From positions 228,284,001 through 228,348,000 of the forward strand of contig OZ024741.1 in NCBI GenBank assembly GCA_964016885.1: a stretch of DNA of 64,000 nt, in the 5' to 3' direction. Position numbers and translations under genes: made by a program. This document shows positions 36,224-50,348 of the stretch, in pieces. Position 1 is the first letter of the stretch, and each line of letters starts with the position of its first letter. The stretch is from Eledone cirrhosa. Taxonomy: Eukaryota. Under the pieces are notes generated by a model. It did not search any database and had not been told where the DNA came from. It was given only the letters and a program-made list of their open reading frames with translations.

Positions 36224-38105
36224 GTCAGGTCACCAGTTGGTGCTACTGATAACATGTATCCCAGTACAACCTGTCTCATGGTCGGGTCGTTGGCGACTAA
36301 ACTGGCAACCCCACCAAGGTTTCTTGGTGAGGAGGGTGACTTTGGACATCCTGCAGGACTAAAAACAAAACCTGTCAAAGGGCAAGGGAGCTCTTAAGAC
36401 TAAATAGCCATCCAAAATCACCGGGAGAGATGACCCCTTAGCCTTTTTCAAGGCAGAATTCTAGGAGAAGGAAAACTCTGATATAACACCTGCAACCCTG
36501 ATGGTATCCAATGATGTTGACTTGTTATTCTTTTTGGTAAATATCATCTTGGTTAAGAGAGTGGGACTGGCTTTGTGCAGTGCCTTTGCTCACTATAAAA
36601 GCTTCACAGCACAGGCATTGCTTTATATCTGGAGATCTCTCTGCACTTGTCATCACATGGTACCATGGGCCCTGCACTATGTGTCAATAATGGTCACAAG
36701 TGTAGTCTTTGTGCCAGAGTTTTCAAGTCGCTGGCTGGACTAAAAAGTCACGTTCGTTCAGCGCATCGGTAGGGGTTCTCCTACATGGATATAAAGTAGT
36801 GGCCGTACTCGAAAACGAGTTGGCAGCCACCACCATGTATGTATGTATGTATGTGTATATGTCAGGTCACCATTTGGCGCTACTGGTAACATGTATCCCA
36901 GTACAACCAGTCTCATGGTCGGGTTGTTGGCGACTAAACTGGCAACCCCACCAAGGTTTCTTGGTGAGGAGGGTGACTTTGGATATCCTGTAGGACTAAA
37001 ACCAAAACCTGTCAAAGGGCAAAGGAGCTCTTAAGAGTGAATGGCCATCCAAAATCACCGGGAGAGATGACCCCTTAGCCTTTTTCAAGGCAGAATTCTA
37101 GGAGAAGGAAAACTCTGATATAACACCTGCAACCCTGATGGTATCCAATAATGTTGACTTGTTCTTCTTTTTGGTAAATATCATCTTGGTTAAGAGAGTG
37201 GGACTGGCTTTGTGCAGTGCCTTTGCTCACTATAAAAGCTTCACAGCACAGGCATTGCTTTATATCTGGAGATCTCTCTGCACTTGTCATCACATGGTAC
37301 CATGGGCCCTGCACTATGTGTCAATAATGGTCACAAGTGTAGTCTTTGTGCCAGAGTTTTCAAGTCGCTGGCTGGACTAAAAAGTCACATTCGTTCAGCG
37401 CATCGGTAGGGGTTCTCCTACATGGATATAAAGTAGTGGCCGTACTCGAAAACGAGTTGGCAGCCACCACCATGTATGTATGTATGTATGTGTATATGTC
37501 AGGTCACCATTTGGCGCTACTGGTAACATGTATCCCAGTACAACCAGTCTCATGGTCGGGTCGTTGGCGACTAAACTGGCAACCCCACCAAGGTTTCTTG
37601 GTGAGGAGGGTGACTTTGGATATCCTGTAGGACTAAAACCAAAACCTGTCAAAGGGCAAAGGAGCTCTTAAGAGTGAATGGCCATCCAAAATCACCGGGA
37701 GAGATGACCCCTTAGCCTTTTTCAAGGCAGAATTCTAGGAGAAGGAAAACTCTGATATAACACCTGCAACCCTGATGGTATCCAATAATGTTGACTTGTT
37801 CTTCTTTTTGGTAAATATCATCTTGGTTAAGAGAGTGGGACTGGCTTTGTGCAGTGCCTTTGCTCACTATAAAAGCTTCACGGCACAGGCATTGCTTTAT
37901 ATCTGGAGATCTCTCTGCACTTGTCGTCACATGGTACCATGGGCCCAGCACTATGTGTCAATAATTGTCACAAGTGTAGTGTTTGTACCAGAGTTTTCAA
38001 GTCGTTGGCTGGACTAAAAATCACACTCGTTCAGCGCATCGGTATGGGTTCTCTTACATGGATATAAAGTAGTGGCCGTACTAGAAAATTAGTTGGCAGC
38101 CACCA
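36224..38105 (+). repeat. Tandem trimer (period 637 bp) of the RTE-like short retroposon
   Basis: Units start at 36224, 36861 and 37498, separated by identical (TATG)-type spacers. Confidence 0.92.
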
Positions 38106-38129
38106 TGTGTAGAGGTATATATGTTTACA

Positions 38130-41100
38130 TTAGGGTTTTTCTTATTTAAAGGGAAAACATTTGTCATGGGAATCACCTCATATCGATTGTTGCCTGAATC
38201 TATTTCCCATAAAATCTACACAGGCGAAAATACGAGAAGATACGAATATATTTAGTGGTTACACAGTATGGTGCTTTTTGAATTCTATGCTAAAAATGCC
38301 CCCCAAATGAAAAAAATAATTATTTCAACATTAGTTGATTGTAGCCAGGTTCTTCTACATAACCACCAACTACACCACCGACTACACCCCCACCAGCACT
38401 ACCATTATAACACAACCACTGTTAATATCATTATTTCTCCATCACCACCTACAAAACCACCACCATCACCATAAGTGTTCTTGTGTTCTCAATACCATCA
38501 CGTCAAACCCGGCGAGACAATTTCAGTTGCCGTAAAAGACATTAGCCAGAAGATCCAGGAAATATATAGAAAAACAAATATCCCTACCAAGACGGAAAAA
38601 ACAAACATCTGCACTCCAATCGAGAAATTGTATAAGGACAGAAAAAAGAAAAATCAATGCGTGAGATTTGGAAAGTTGATCTCCAGAACATTTTTGATAT
38701 TGCAAACCAGAACGTTAGAATGAAAGATTGCCCTATCTGAAGACAAAGCTTTCCTTGAGACACAACGAAAAGATCGGATGTCTTCATTCATCGCTAGTGT
38801 TGATACAGAACATGTGAGAACCATTCAGAAGAAGGCAAATGAAGTTTGACGATATAATAGTAAGAAAGAGAAAGCAGGAAGAAGTCAAGATATCTGAGAA
38901 AGTAGCCCTTGAAAGTTCGTCGTCCAGCTCAGCTATTACTGATGATGATGAAGAAATCTTCAAGTCAGCACCCCCCCGAAAACCACTGCCTTTAAAGCCG
39001 ACTCTCAACGCCTCTCTTGTTTCCACATGGGAACGGGAGAGACTATTGTTATAACAAGCAAGTACTTGTTACATCACAATTGCGGGGAGTCATGGTCATG
39101 ATGTGTCTGAACTTTCGATTTCCCCCTCAACTTTTTATCGATCAAGAACAAGCCACTGTGAGAATATGGTTCAGGAAATTGAGTTATCCTCTTTCCCACC
39201 TGAAGACAGCTCAAGGTTAGTCCTCCATTGGGATGGAAAATTATCACCATTGAATTCCCAATCCAGCACACTCGAAGATCGGATTGCAGTTTTAGTTACA
39301 GGAAAAGAAAGGGGGAGCTCTTAGGTGTTCTGATTTCAAGAGCTGGAACCGGACAAAAGTCACTGAAGCTGTTTTGACGGAAATTCAACGACTCAAAATC
39401 GAGGATAGAATAATTCGTATGTCCTTCTACACCACTACCAGTAAGACAGCATGCATCAAGCAGCCTTTACAAAAATCGAAGCAGCTCTAAAAAAATCCAA
39501 CTTGCGACTGGATTGCCGCGGTGGATTGGCAGTATCGGTGGAGAGTCGGACGCCATGCTTTCCAGCATAGTTACGTCCCTTTACGGTCTGAGTTCAAATC
39601 CCGTCGAGGTTAACTTTGCCTTTCATCCTTACGGGGTCCATAAAATAAAGTACTAGTAATGTACTGGGTAATTGCTGGCCTTGTGCCTAAAGTAGAAACA
39701 ATTATGTTCTTGAACTGGTGGATTGGCAGTATCGGTAGAGGGTCGGACGCCATGCTTTGACGCATAGAGTTACGTCCCTTGCCATTCTGAGTTCAAATCC
39801 CACCGAGGTTAACTTTGCCTTTCATCCTTACGGGGTCAATAAAATAAAGTACCAGTAATACACTGGGTATTTGCTGGCCTTGTGCCCAAAGTAGAAACAA
39901 TTATATTCTTGAACTGGTTTTGAAGAAAGTCTTTGAGATCGTTTACTCATCATCTGTTAGAAAAGTTCCAGGAAAGTTGCACTCCTTAGATAAATCTCAT
40001 TATCAAACAATCCCGAATGATGATGAGCCCATGGAAGATTTTTACAAGCAAGAGTGAGGAGATGGTTGAATATCTACTGACTGTATTGCTTTCTGGAGGT
40101 CATCACTGTGAAGACTGCCAAATTCATAAAGCTCTCCCTTCTCTATTTTGGTGGGTGGTCATCTCCCCAGTTCTTTTCATTCCCCGGAGCTTACCACCTA
40201 GGATCGTTGGATGGCTAAGGCCATATATGTGATCAAGTTAGTTCTGTTCAAAGGCAACTTAATTTCACGTGAGCCGAGAGACCTACAAAAAGTCGCTTAT
40301 TTTGTGATTTCGGTGTAAAATTCTAGAACGAAGCAATGGTTCCCACATGGGCTCCAAAGAATGATCCCGATTTGATGAAGCTGCTACCAATGTATCCTGG
40401 CCAACAAATCGGAACTGGGATAGAGACGGCCCTTCGGCTTCACCTGTGGTACTTATCAGAAGAGTTAGTAGCGTTTGCTTTCTTTGAAGAAAAACATGGT
40501 GTGGATGAGAAGAAAAATAAAATAAAAATCTCTCTATATATATATATGAAATAGAAGTGTATGAAAAAGGTCAAGGGTAAAGGAATGTTTTTGGCAACAA
40601 AAAAACTGAGTGACTTCGTTACGAAGAAAACAAATAAACCTTTTCCATCTGCTCGAAATTGTCCTAAATCATTTTGATTCCTGCACTGACGGCGATATCA
40701 AATTATCTGTTGATGCTCTGAAAGTTGTGAATGACATTGCTGAGTGAGATATTTATTTCATAAAGCGCTTTAATGGTTCTACGAAGGATGAACATTAGAA
40801 ACAGTTTTCCCTAAAATTTGTTGCGGAGCAAAAAGAAACAAATGCCCCAGAGGACAAAGGGGGACATTTCCAGTGTTAAATTTAATCGATAAATATTGTT
40901 TCCCTCTTTAGCTCCTATATTATTGTGTATTTAGAACGTATTCCTTCTGCTTATTTTCATTTCACTTTGTTCTGTTGTCTAATTACCACAATCGATTCGA
41001 ACAGAAAGTGAACAGGCCAAATACCCCAAATCGTCATAACTAAAAAAATGTGAAAGTGTGAAATCTCTAAATATTATTCGAATGACCTATAATTCAGCAT

Positions 41101-41182
41101 ACTTCGTTATTTCATCAACTCAAACACCGGCATAATCAACACGAGAGGATTGTCGAATAGTTTGCAAAATGGAACACTCTAA
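38130..41182 (+). mobile_element. Degenerate hAT-superfamily (hATm-like) DNA transposon
   Basis: Transposase remnants LHWDGKL..EDRIAVLVTG, PGAY..RWM, HLWYLSEELVAFAFF and LKVVND. Imperfect TIRs ttagggtttttc / gaacactctaa. Confidence 0.72.
39521..39903 (+). mobile_element. Two tRNA-derived SINEs nested in the hAT transposase
   Basis: SINE consensus. The duplicated target attatrttcttgaactggt flanks the second copy. Confidence 0.88.
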
Positions 41183-41330
41183 TGTATCTACATATGGATG
41201 GACGGACGGGCGAACAAACAAACCCGTAAATCCCGATGGAGTGCCATAGTAACATATGACCTTTCTTGAGCACTGAAAACCTTGTAGAGCTCATCCTTTT
41301 CCCGATCTAAACAAAATCGATTTCTTGCAG

Positions 41331-41399
<69 letters not shown>

Positions 41400-41442
41400 T
41401 GTGTGTGTGTGTGTGTGTGTGTGGAAGTGAAAAAGAGATAGA

Positions 41443-41585
41443 CTGGTACTTTATTTTTCAGCCTTGAAAGGATGAAAGGCAAAGTTAACCTCGGCGAGAT
41501 TTGAACTCAGAATGCTGAAAGTTAGAACGAATATGGCATAGCGTTCGATCCGACGTTGTAACGGCTCTGTCAATTCACCGCCTAT
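41443..41585 (-). mobile_element. tRNA-derived SINE fragment
   Basis: Reverse complement of the SINE head and body. Confidence 0.75.
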
Positions 41586-42027
41586 TATATATACTAGCCG
41601 AAAAAACCACCCTTCGAGCAGTTTTCTGCTAGCATGTGTATAGTGCATGTTGATATTATACGCAAATTAAATCGGAGAGATTGTTACACTCTTTTCTGTA
41701 ATCAGTAAAGTAATCCATGATACATTTAAAAAAGACGATATTATATATAAACTGCATTATGGTGAAATGTAATGAAAACGAAAAAGGAGAAAATTAGCGA
41801 CGGAAATAGAAACGTTATGATATAACGATGCAAATATATGAACGTTTAGATAAGCGATATGTGATATAGCGTCCGTTATATCATAACCGGACGTATTGAC
41901 ATTTGGAAATTTTAAAAGAAGTGAATCTTAAAATATGCAATCATTATATATAAGAATATTTATGTTTAATCAACAGCTACGAAATTTAGTACATAAATTA
42001 TGTAATATTCATTCATTATTTATTCCG

Positions 42028-42215
42028 GAGGATTGGCAGTAGCGGTGGAGGGTCGGACGCCATGCTTTCTAGCATAGTTACGTCCCTTTACGATCTGAGT
42101 TCAAATCCCGCCGAGGTTAACTTTGCCTTTCATCCTTACGGGGTCGATAAAATAAAGTACCAGTAATAAATACACTGGGTAATTGCTGGCCTTGTGCCTA
42201 AAGTAGAAACAATTA
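42028..42215 (+). mobile_element. tRNA-derived SINE
   Basis: Near-identical to 39521-39703. Confidence 0.88.
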
Positions 42216-42517
42216 TTTATTCAAAGTAATCCAACTTATTTTACTAACGGGATAAAAAAAGTATATTCAGGACACAGTCCCGCACTCCTCCCTTTATTAT
42301 ATTTTGATAATTCTTCGTCTTGCAAGTTGAGTAAAATATGCATCGCTGATGAGATCTAACAAGACTTAAACATGTTCGTTGTTTTCACTAGTGAGCTTTT
42401 AAGGCAATACATACTTCTTGCTACATTGTCTTCTATATTTCCCTCTTCTATTTGAATAACTTTCAAAGTTATACTTGTTGGATAAGTGATTTGAAACCGT
42501 GTTGAAGCATTGTGAAA

Positions 42518-42619
<102 letters not shown>

Positions 42620-42620
42620 C

Positions 42621-45600
42621 CTGCCTGACGCGTGGAACAACGCCGGTAAGCTTTTTTGTAAATTTCTATACAAAAACTGAACAAATTGTTTGAAAAAACA
42701 TATCATTTTGTAGATTAACCCCCCAAGCTGAATTGTCAGCTGGGTGGTAATCCCATTTTTCAACTATAAAACATGAATAGCCTGGAAAGAACGCTAGAGA
42801 ACGTCGACAGAGAGAAGAGAGGTAGAGAGGCAGATATTAACGTTATATCTGCTTCTGCTACTATGGACGTCGCCATGGATACGAGTGTCAACAAAGAGAA
42901 AAAAATAATATTACCACTTGAAGATTTTAAAATTTCTACCGTCGAAGCGGAGAAAAATAACACACAGGAAAACACAGGAATTAAACCTAATAACATACAT
43001 ACACATGAAAAAGACAACAACAACAACTCTATAGATACATCTACGCATAAAGTTTCACCTCGTCAAGAAATTGGGATTTCCAACACCGAGGCTAACAACG
43101 ATAACAACAACAACAACAGCAACACCACAAAAACAAAAAATGTCTTTCGCTGAAACAGTGAACAAAAAACAAGATTTTATAAATCTTGACATTTCCAATG
43201 CAAGAGATATGCTCCAGCAAGGGAGAAAATTTGTAACTTTCGAAGTCAAGGGTGGGTTTAGAATCAACTCACCCCTCGAAATAAAAGAAGAGACAGTTCG
43301 AAGGACAGTGACCTTCAGGACTGTCTCCAACAATACGAGAAAGCCGATATTTGTGAGCCAAGGAGACATAGAAGCCACCTTGAAGGAGACTCTAGCAAAT
43401 ATTGACCTTCTTCAACGAGGAAAACAGAACGGAAGTATTTCCGAACTGTTTAAAAGCGAGGCACTCGCCCAAAAACATTTTGTGACACCAATGGTGTCAA
43501 AAGCATTCACATTTTTCCCTACGTACATGGGAAAAAGGACACAAAAAATAAAAAGAAAAAATATACCACGAAACATTAACATCTGGTGGATCTTGGCTGG
43601 CTTCGTGGAGCCATGGACTGATGCCATTCTTTCAATACGAAAGTCTATTAGACAAAGGTGGGCGGGTACTGATTTGGAGATTCTGATGCAAATGAGGCCG
43701 GAGGGAACCTCCAAAATACCCGAAAAAGTCGTCATCGAAGACAACAACAAACACGATCAACCAAAACAATACAAAAGAAAGCACTGTTACCAGCACCAAC
43801 ACCACCACCACAACAACAGCAACTCACCAAACAAGCAAACACACCAAAACAAAGAGCTACTCAACCAACAACAACAACAGAAAAAACACAGACAACACCC
43901 CTGAAGAACACAGCCCCACCCCATCCCACTCCATCAAACACCACCACAAACACAGACACCGAAACACCACCACCACACAACATACCCCTACTCCACACTC
44001 GTGAGGATGATTATTCAACAACAGATGAGGCTGCTTCCCCTTCTTTAAGTGAGCCTCGGAAATCTAAAAAACAAAAAAAAGAGTCACCACAAAACCCCCA
44101 AAACTCCAATCACCAACACCAACACACAACCACAGACACAAACAACAACACAAACAACCCCACAGTCAAACATCCACCTACCATCCAAACCAACACCAAC
44201 ACCACCCCAAACACAAGCACCCACCATAAAAAGAAAACTCCCGGACGAACAACAAACTGAAACAACACAACAAAAACACAAACAACAATACGTATACATC
44301 AACACAAACAACAAGAGTTTGATGGAGGTCATCTCCCAAAACTCCAAGGTGGAGACGGAGGGCAAAACTTTCGTCAAAGCAGAATCGTCTCCACACCTTA
44401 AAGTTATAAGGCTTTCTATGGAAACCTATAGTGATCTGAAAAAAAAATTTTCGCAGGACGTGGGCAGCCCCTGTCAGAAACCCATTAACCGCGTCCTGTT
44501 AAAATGTTTCCCCACCCCACCCAACACCTCCTCCAGTACCCAAATGGAGATTGAACAACCCGATTTCCAGGAAACGAAAAGGTAAGTGCACCTTTTCGCC
44601 CTTTTTCTCCAAATCTTCTTCATCAACATGGCTAGTTTACAAGTTGGAAGCGTGAATGTGCGTGGCCTAGGGATGCCCTGGAAATAGAGCCAACTTTTAA
44701 ACGACCTGAGGTCACACGGTATGGATGTGATAGCCATCACCGAGTCTAGGATTCACAACAGGCAGCAACTAATACCCATCTTCGACGACTTTGAGATCTA
44801 CGCATCTCTCTGTCAGCCAGGAGGTGAAGGGGGAGTGGCTATCATGTTTCGGAAGAATCTGGAGGTGGGCAAACCGCAGCGGGACATCTAGATCGTATTT
44901 AGATAGGTTCTGCATTAGAGAAAGGGACAAGGAGATGTTAAGCTGTCCACGAATGCACATGGGTGCCTACTCAGATCATAAATTAGTCATCTGCTTAGTC
45001 AACCGTGATAGAATATATAGACAGGGACCCGGATACTAGAAGCTGAATGTGTCGTTGCCGGCTCGTAAAGCATACAGTGAATGGATAAGTAGACTAGTCA
45101 AGGAACAGTTAACGAGAGCCATCGTCAACAATAGATGGTGGTACTCTCTCAAGAAAGCAATTAGAGTAGAATCGATAGAGTTTAGCAGAGAGTTAGCCTT
45201 AGAGAAAAACAAAATAGAAAGAGAACTAGTAGCCAAGGTAGAGGAGGAGCTTAGACGTGGAAACGCGCCTAGAGTGTTAGCGTCGAGAACGGCACTAGAC
45301 TAGTTCTTCGACGCGAAACACGAAGGCTGCGTAGTCAGAAGCAAAACACGTTCTCTAGGAAACGAAGGAGCGAAAACTGTCAGCTGGGCCCGAATGACGG
45401 AGGCAAAAAGTGGCAACAAGTCCACGATTTGGTCTTTGAAAGACCAAACCGGATGCGTGCTACTTGACCCCATGCGAATGTGCGCGACTGTTTGAGCAGA
45501 ACAACGGTGGGCCGAACGGGGCAATGGACTTTAGTTCATACCTCGACGGCTTGCCGCGTCTCTCTCTGCGAAAGACCGATCATGGACACTGATATACGGG

Positions 45601-47867
45601 ACGCTCTGGGCCGCTGCGGGAACGCAAGTCACCCGGTCTAGATGGTCTACTCTATGAGTTTTACATAGGCATACAGGACTTGTTCTGTGGCGTCCACGAG
45701 GGCGTCTACTGCAATTGGCAGCAGAACGGGAGAATTCCCAGTTCTGCAGGCAAGGGCGTAGTAACGCTGATCAAGAAAGACGAGAAGAAGGGGAAAGAAA
45801 TTAACAACTTCAAGCCCATAGCGCTGCTCAACACAGAGTTAAAGATTTTGGCCAAGGTGCTAGCGACGAGGTTGGCGCTTGTCGAGAACCTGGTAGGGAA
45901 AGCGCAAACGTGTGCAATCCCGACCAGGTCCATACACGACAACCTCCACCTCATGCGATACATCATAGAGAGGGTGGGCAGTAAACCCGGCTTCCGTAGG
46001 GCTCTGATCAATTTGGATCAGTCTAAGGCATTCGATAGTGTCGGCCATCGATACTTGGAAGCGGTTTTCAAGGCGGCCGGTTTCGGTCCCGTTTTCAGAG
46101 GCTGGATCGAGGCGATGCACACCAGCATCTGCTCGAGGGTCAAGGTGAACGGCTACCTATCGGAACCGTTCGTAATCACGCGTTCCATTCGACAGGGTTA
46201 CCCTCTCTCCTCCATTCTGTATGTATTGACTCTATAGCCACTATTGCGGAAATTAGAGCTGCTGCAGGGCATCCCTCTAGAACCGCGACTGCGCAAAACG
46301 TCGTCGGCTTATGCCGACGACGTGACGGTAATGGTGTCGAGCACCTCGGAAATCGGGATGATCGGCAACTTACTGAAAGAATGCGAAATGCTGACGGGAG
46401 CAAAACTAAACCCGGACAAGTCTGTCGGTTTGCAACTCGGTACGTGGAGAGGAAAACCGATGACGTCCGACAGCGTCGTTGGACGCTGGACGGACGGACC
46501 GGTGAAATTGCTCGGGGTCTGGTTCGGCTCAGATCTCCAGGTGGAGAAAAAGTTGAACGAGGGCACGGCCAAGGTGTTGGCGCTCACCCAGAAGTGGGTA
46601 GAATGCAAACTGTCAGTGAAAGGTCGAGCGGAGATGGCAAACACTTTCATAGCGTCCGTCATCTACTACCGCTTGACTGTCGTGCCTTGACTCCGTGAAC
46701 AACTCGCCAAGATGGAACGCATGCTCTTCCAGTTTCTGTGGAAGGAGCAGGCTCCGCTGGTGAGGAGATCCGTCTGCTGTCAGCACCCTTCCAACGGAGG
46801 GCTGGGAATGCCGTGGCTGATGATGGCAAACATGCGGTGTGGGCACTGTTTGTGAGACAAGCTTTCCCACAGCTCGTCTCGCTGACGGAGCTGCAGTCCT
46901 GGGTCAAGAAAAGACCGAAAACGATGGGCGCCTGGCACATTGAATGTGCTCAGGCGCTCACAGTCCCCTGGCAGGTGGGCGCAGCAATCAGTGGAGACTC
47001 CACTTCGATATTCTATAGAGAGATTGTACGTTACAAGGGCGACGACGTGCTCTGAGAGACTCTGGGCGTCGAAGACGATGAGCTCACCAGTCTGTTCAGT
47101 AGGACTTTCCGCCCGGGACCTATGGACGACTTCCAGAGGTCCCTGGCCTGGCAGTGCTACCGAGGAGCTCTACCGGTTCGTGACAAGATCTACAGGCACG
47201 GACGCCCCGGCAGGGATCCTTCCAAGAGGACGTGTCCAAGGTGCGCGGAGGACATTGAAACCGTCTTGCATGCCCGGGCGTAACCGACCTATGGAACTAT
47301 GCAGAATAACTGCTGTCGCGTATGGGACAAATCCAGTTGACTGCCGAGTACATTGTAACGATCAAATCGCCAGCCTCTTTCAAAAACGAAAGAGAGGCGG
47401 TTTTCCCCTGTACAGTGGCTATGGTGAAAGAAGTTATATGGTGGACGAGATTGAGAGGACTGAGGACAGATGCCTTTCTCTCCGGACAACAAATGATTCC
47501 CTTCTTTAAGTATTACTTTAGAAGGAGAATCAGAGTGTAGAGAGAGGCACTGCACTCCAGTAAATTTACTGAAAGCTGGGTGAATGAAGCGAAAATGGCC
47601 CGAGTGACTGGGCCTTCTCTGTTTAAAAGCCTGTAGGTTAAAGAAGAGAGCAAAAGGAAGAAAGGAGCACTTGCACAACACGCTCCTGGAGTTGAGGGTT
47701 GTTCTATCGACGGGGTATTAACAGCCCATTTGTGGCGCTTCCCCCCTATTGGGGATTTCGATTGTTGTAATTGTTTGTTTTTATATTTTTTACACGACTG
47801 TATGTAAAATCCCCGGCATGTCTTTGTATTGTCCCCTTTTTTGTGCGCCCTTGTGGCAAATAAAGAA

Positions 47868-47868
<1 letters not shown>
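42621..47868 (+). mobile_element. Tx1-like element copy D: full-length ends, ORF1 (about 42773-44585) and ORF2 (44628-47636), both disrupted
   Basis: The 5' end is shared with 53001 and 63848. RT motif AYADD. Deletions in the ORF1 knuckle and in the APE domain. (TATC)n on both sides. Confidence 0.93.
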
Positions 47869-47924
<56 letters not shown>

Positions 47925-47929
47925 ACTGT

Positions 47930-48163
47930 CGTTGAAGAAGAGAGCAAGAGGAAGAAAGGAGCACTTGCACAATATGCTCTTGGATTTGAGGGTTGTTCTA
48001 TCTACGAGGTATAAAAAAACCCATTTGTAACGCTTCCCCTATTGGAGATTTCGATTGTTGAATTTGTCTGTTAACATTTTTTTTCCACGGTTGTATGTAA
48101 AATCCACGACATATGTCCTTGTATTGTCCCCTTTTCTTGTGCGCCCTTGTGGCAAATAAAAAA
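47930..48163 (+). mobile_element. Tx1-like 3'UTR-only insertion (D')
   Basis: Homologous to 47636-47868. Confidence 0.88.
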
Positions 48164-48267
48164 TATATCTATCTGTCTGTCTGTCTATCTGTCTGTCTGT
48201 CTGTCTTTCTTTCTGTCAACCTGTCTATCACTTTCACTACCTCTCTCTCACTCTCTCTCTCTCTCTT

Positions 48268-48359
<92 letters not shown>

Positions 48360-48364
48360 TATCA

Positions 48365-48418
<54 letters not shown>

Positions 48419-49008
48419 TTCGTTCTTTCTTTCTTTCATCTTACTCAAACCAGGAACTTTCCCAAAGAAATATGAAACCAAAAGTGACAGACAAAGAAGA
48501 ATTTCACAGTCTAATGATAGCATGTGTAAGATCAATACTATATTTGGGTTAGCACTGATGTGGGGCGGGGTAGCGGTGGTGGGGTGGTGGTGCTCTTGCT
48601 ATTGTGGTTGTTGTTGTTGGTGGTGGTAGTGGTGGTGGTAGTGGTGGCTGTGACTGTTGTTGGTGGTAGTGGTGGTGGCTGGCGGTGGTGTCGGTGTTGT
48701 TTTTTGTGGTTGGTGGTCGTCGTTGTCGTTGCTGTTGTTGGTGGTGGTAGTGGTGGTGGTGGTATCGGCGTTGTTGTTGTTGTTGGTGGTAGTAGTGATG
48801 GTGGTGTTGGTGTTGGTGTTGGTTGTGGTGGTTGTGGTTGTGACCGTGGAGTTGGTGATGCTGGTGATGAGATTGAAGGAAGCAGTGTCTATTATACTCT
48901 TTTTTTCTTTACTCGTTTCAGACTTTTAGACTGTGGTCATATTTCCAGCCCCATCTTCAGTATCATCGACGGTAAAAATTGGTCAAATTATTAGAGCGGC
49001 GCACAAAA

Positions 49009-49081
<73 letters not shown>

Positions 49082-49085
<4 letters not shown>

Positions 49086-50348
49086 GGACGTGCGGTAGAT
49101 CGCGGGTAAATTTTTGTAAAATTTTCCATACAAAAACAGAATTTATTGTGTAAAAATTTATATTGTTTGATATTCTTGTCCACCTCCAGGTAGACAGGAA
49201 CTGGAACGAGGTCACGGCGAAGGTGTTTGCGCTCACCCAGAAGTGGGCTGAGTGCAAACTCTCCTTGAAAGGTCGAGCAGAGGTGGCGAACACTTACATA
49301 GCGTCCATCATCTACTACCGCTTGACAGTCGTGCCTTGCGCCCGCAAATACCTTACCAAAATGGAACGCCTACTCTTCAAGTTCCTCTGGAAGGAACAGG
49401 CTCCATTGGTGAGGAGATCCATCTGCTGTCAACACCTTTCTAACTGTGGGGGGGGGGGGCATCCCGTGGCTGATGATGCGCAAACATGCGCTGAGACTAC
49501 GCCATCTCCAGGTATTCCTGACCGGTGAACCGGTGTGACTGTCGTTTGTGAGACGAGCTCTTCCACAACTCGTCTCACTAACAGAGCTGCAGTTCTGGGT
49601 CAAGCGAAGACCGAAAATGGGTGCCTGGCACGTCGAGTGCCTACAGGCGCTCACAGGCCTCTACCAAGCGGAAACGGCAATCAGCGGAGGCTCACTTCGA
49701 CATTCTATAGGGGATTAGTGAAGGATAGGTGCGACAACGTTCTCTAGGCATCGAGGAGGACGAACTGACCGGTTTGTTCAGAGGACTTTCCGTCCAGGGC
49801 CTATGGATAACTTCCAGAGGTCTCTGGCCTGGCAGTGCTACCGAGGAGCTCTACCAGTTCGTGACAAAATCTACAGGCACTGACGCCCTGGCAGAGATCC
49901 AGCCAAAAGGACCTGTCCAAGATACGAGCAGGACATCGAAACCGTTCTGCACGCAATTGTTCAGTGCCCAAGGGTGATCGACCTGTGGAATTATGTCGAA
50001 CAACTTCAGAAGGAAGGTTAGAGTCGAGAGAGAGTTGCTACACCCAGTAAATTCGCTGAAAGGTGGGTGAATGTGGAGAAAATGGCCCGAGTGAATGGGC
50101 CTTCTCTGTATATAAACAGAGGGAAGACAGCAACACCTAGAATACGTTTTCTTGGTGTTGAGGGTTTTTCTATCCACGGGGTGTAAAACAACCCTGCAGT
50201 AACGTTCGCCCCTACGGGGGATTTCAATTGTTATTTTATTATATATAGTTTATTGCTATTTATTAATGTTAAAGTTATTTTTATGTAAAACCCCCCGCCG
50301 TCACGTCTTGTAATGTCCCATTTTTGTACGCTCCTGTGGCAAATAAAG

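Noticed and set aside
36224-38105. Regular repeat-spacer pattern resembling a CRISPR array or a repeated small gene
   Set aside because: The units are 637-bp retroposon copies with microsatellite spacers, there are no cas genes, and the 60-90 aa ORFs have no recognisable domains.
42341-42381. Hammerhead-like catcg-CTGATGA-...-TAAA-catg-TT-cgttg
   Set aside because: GAAA is mutated to TAAA and stem I is mismatched, so it is treated only as a decayed relic.
44860-44875. Internal Tx1 deletions as spliced introns
   Set aside because: The breakpoints lie at microhomologies rather than GT-AG boundaries.
48560-48994. Val/Gly-rich 'membrane protein' ORFs (also 29023 and 32743)
   Set aside because: Degenerate (GGT/GTT)n low-complexity DNA.
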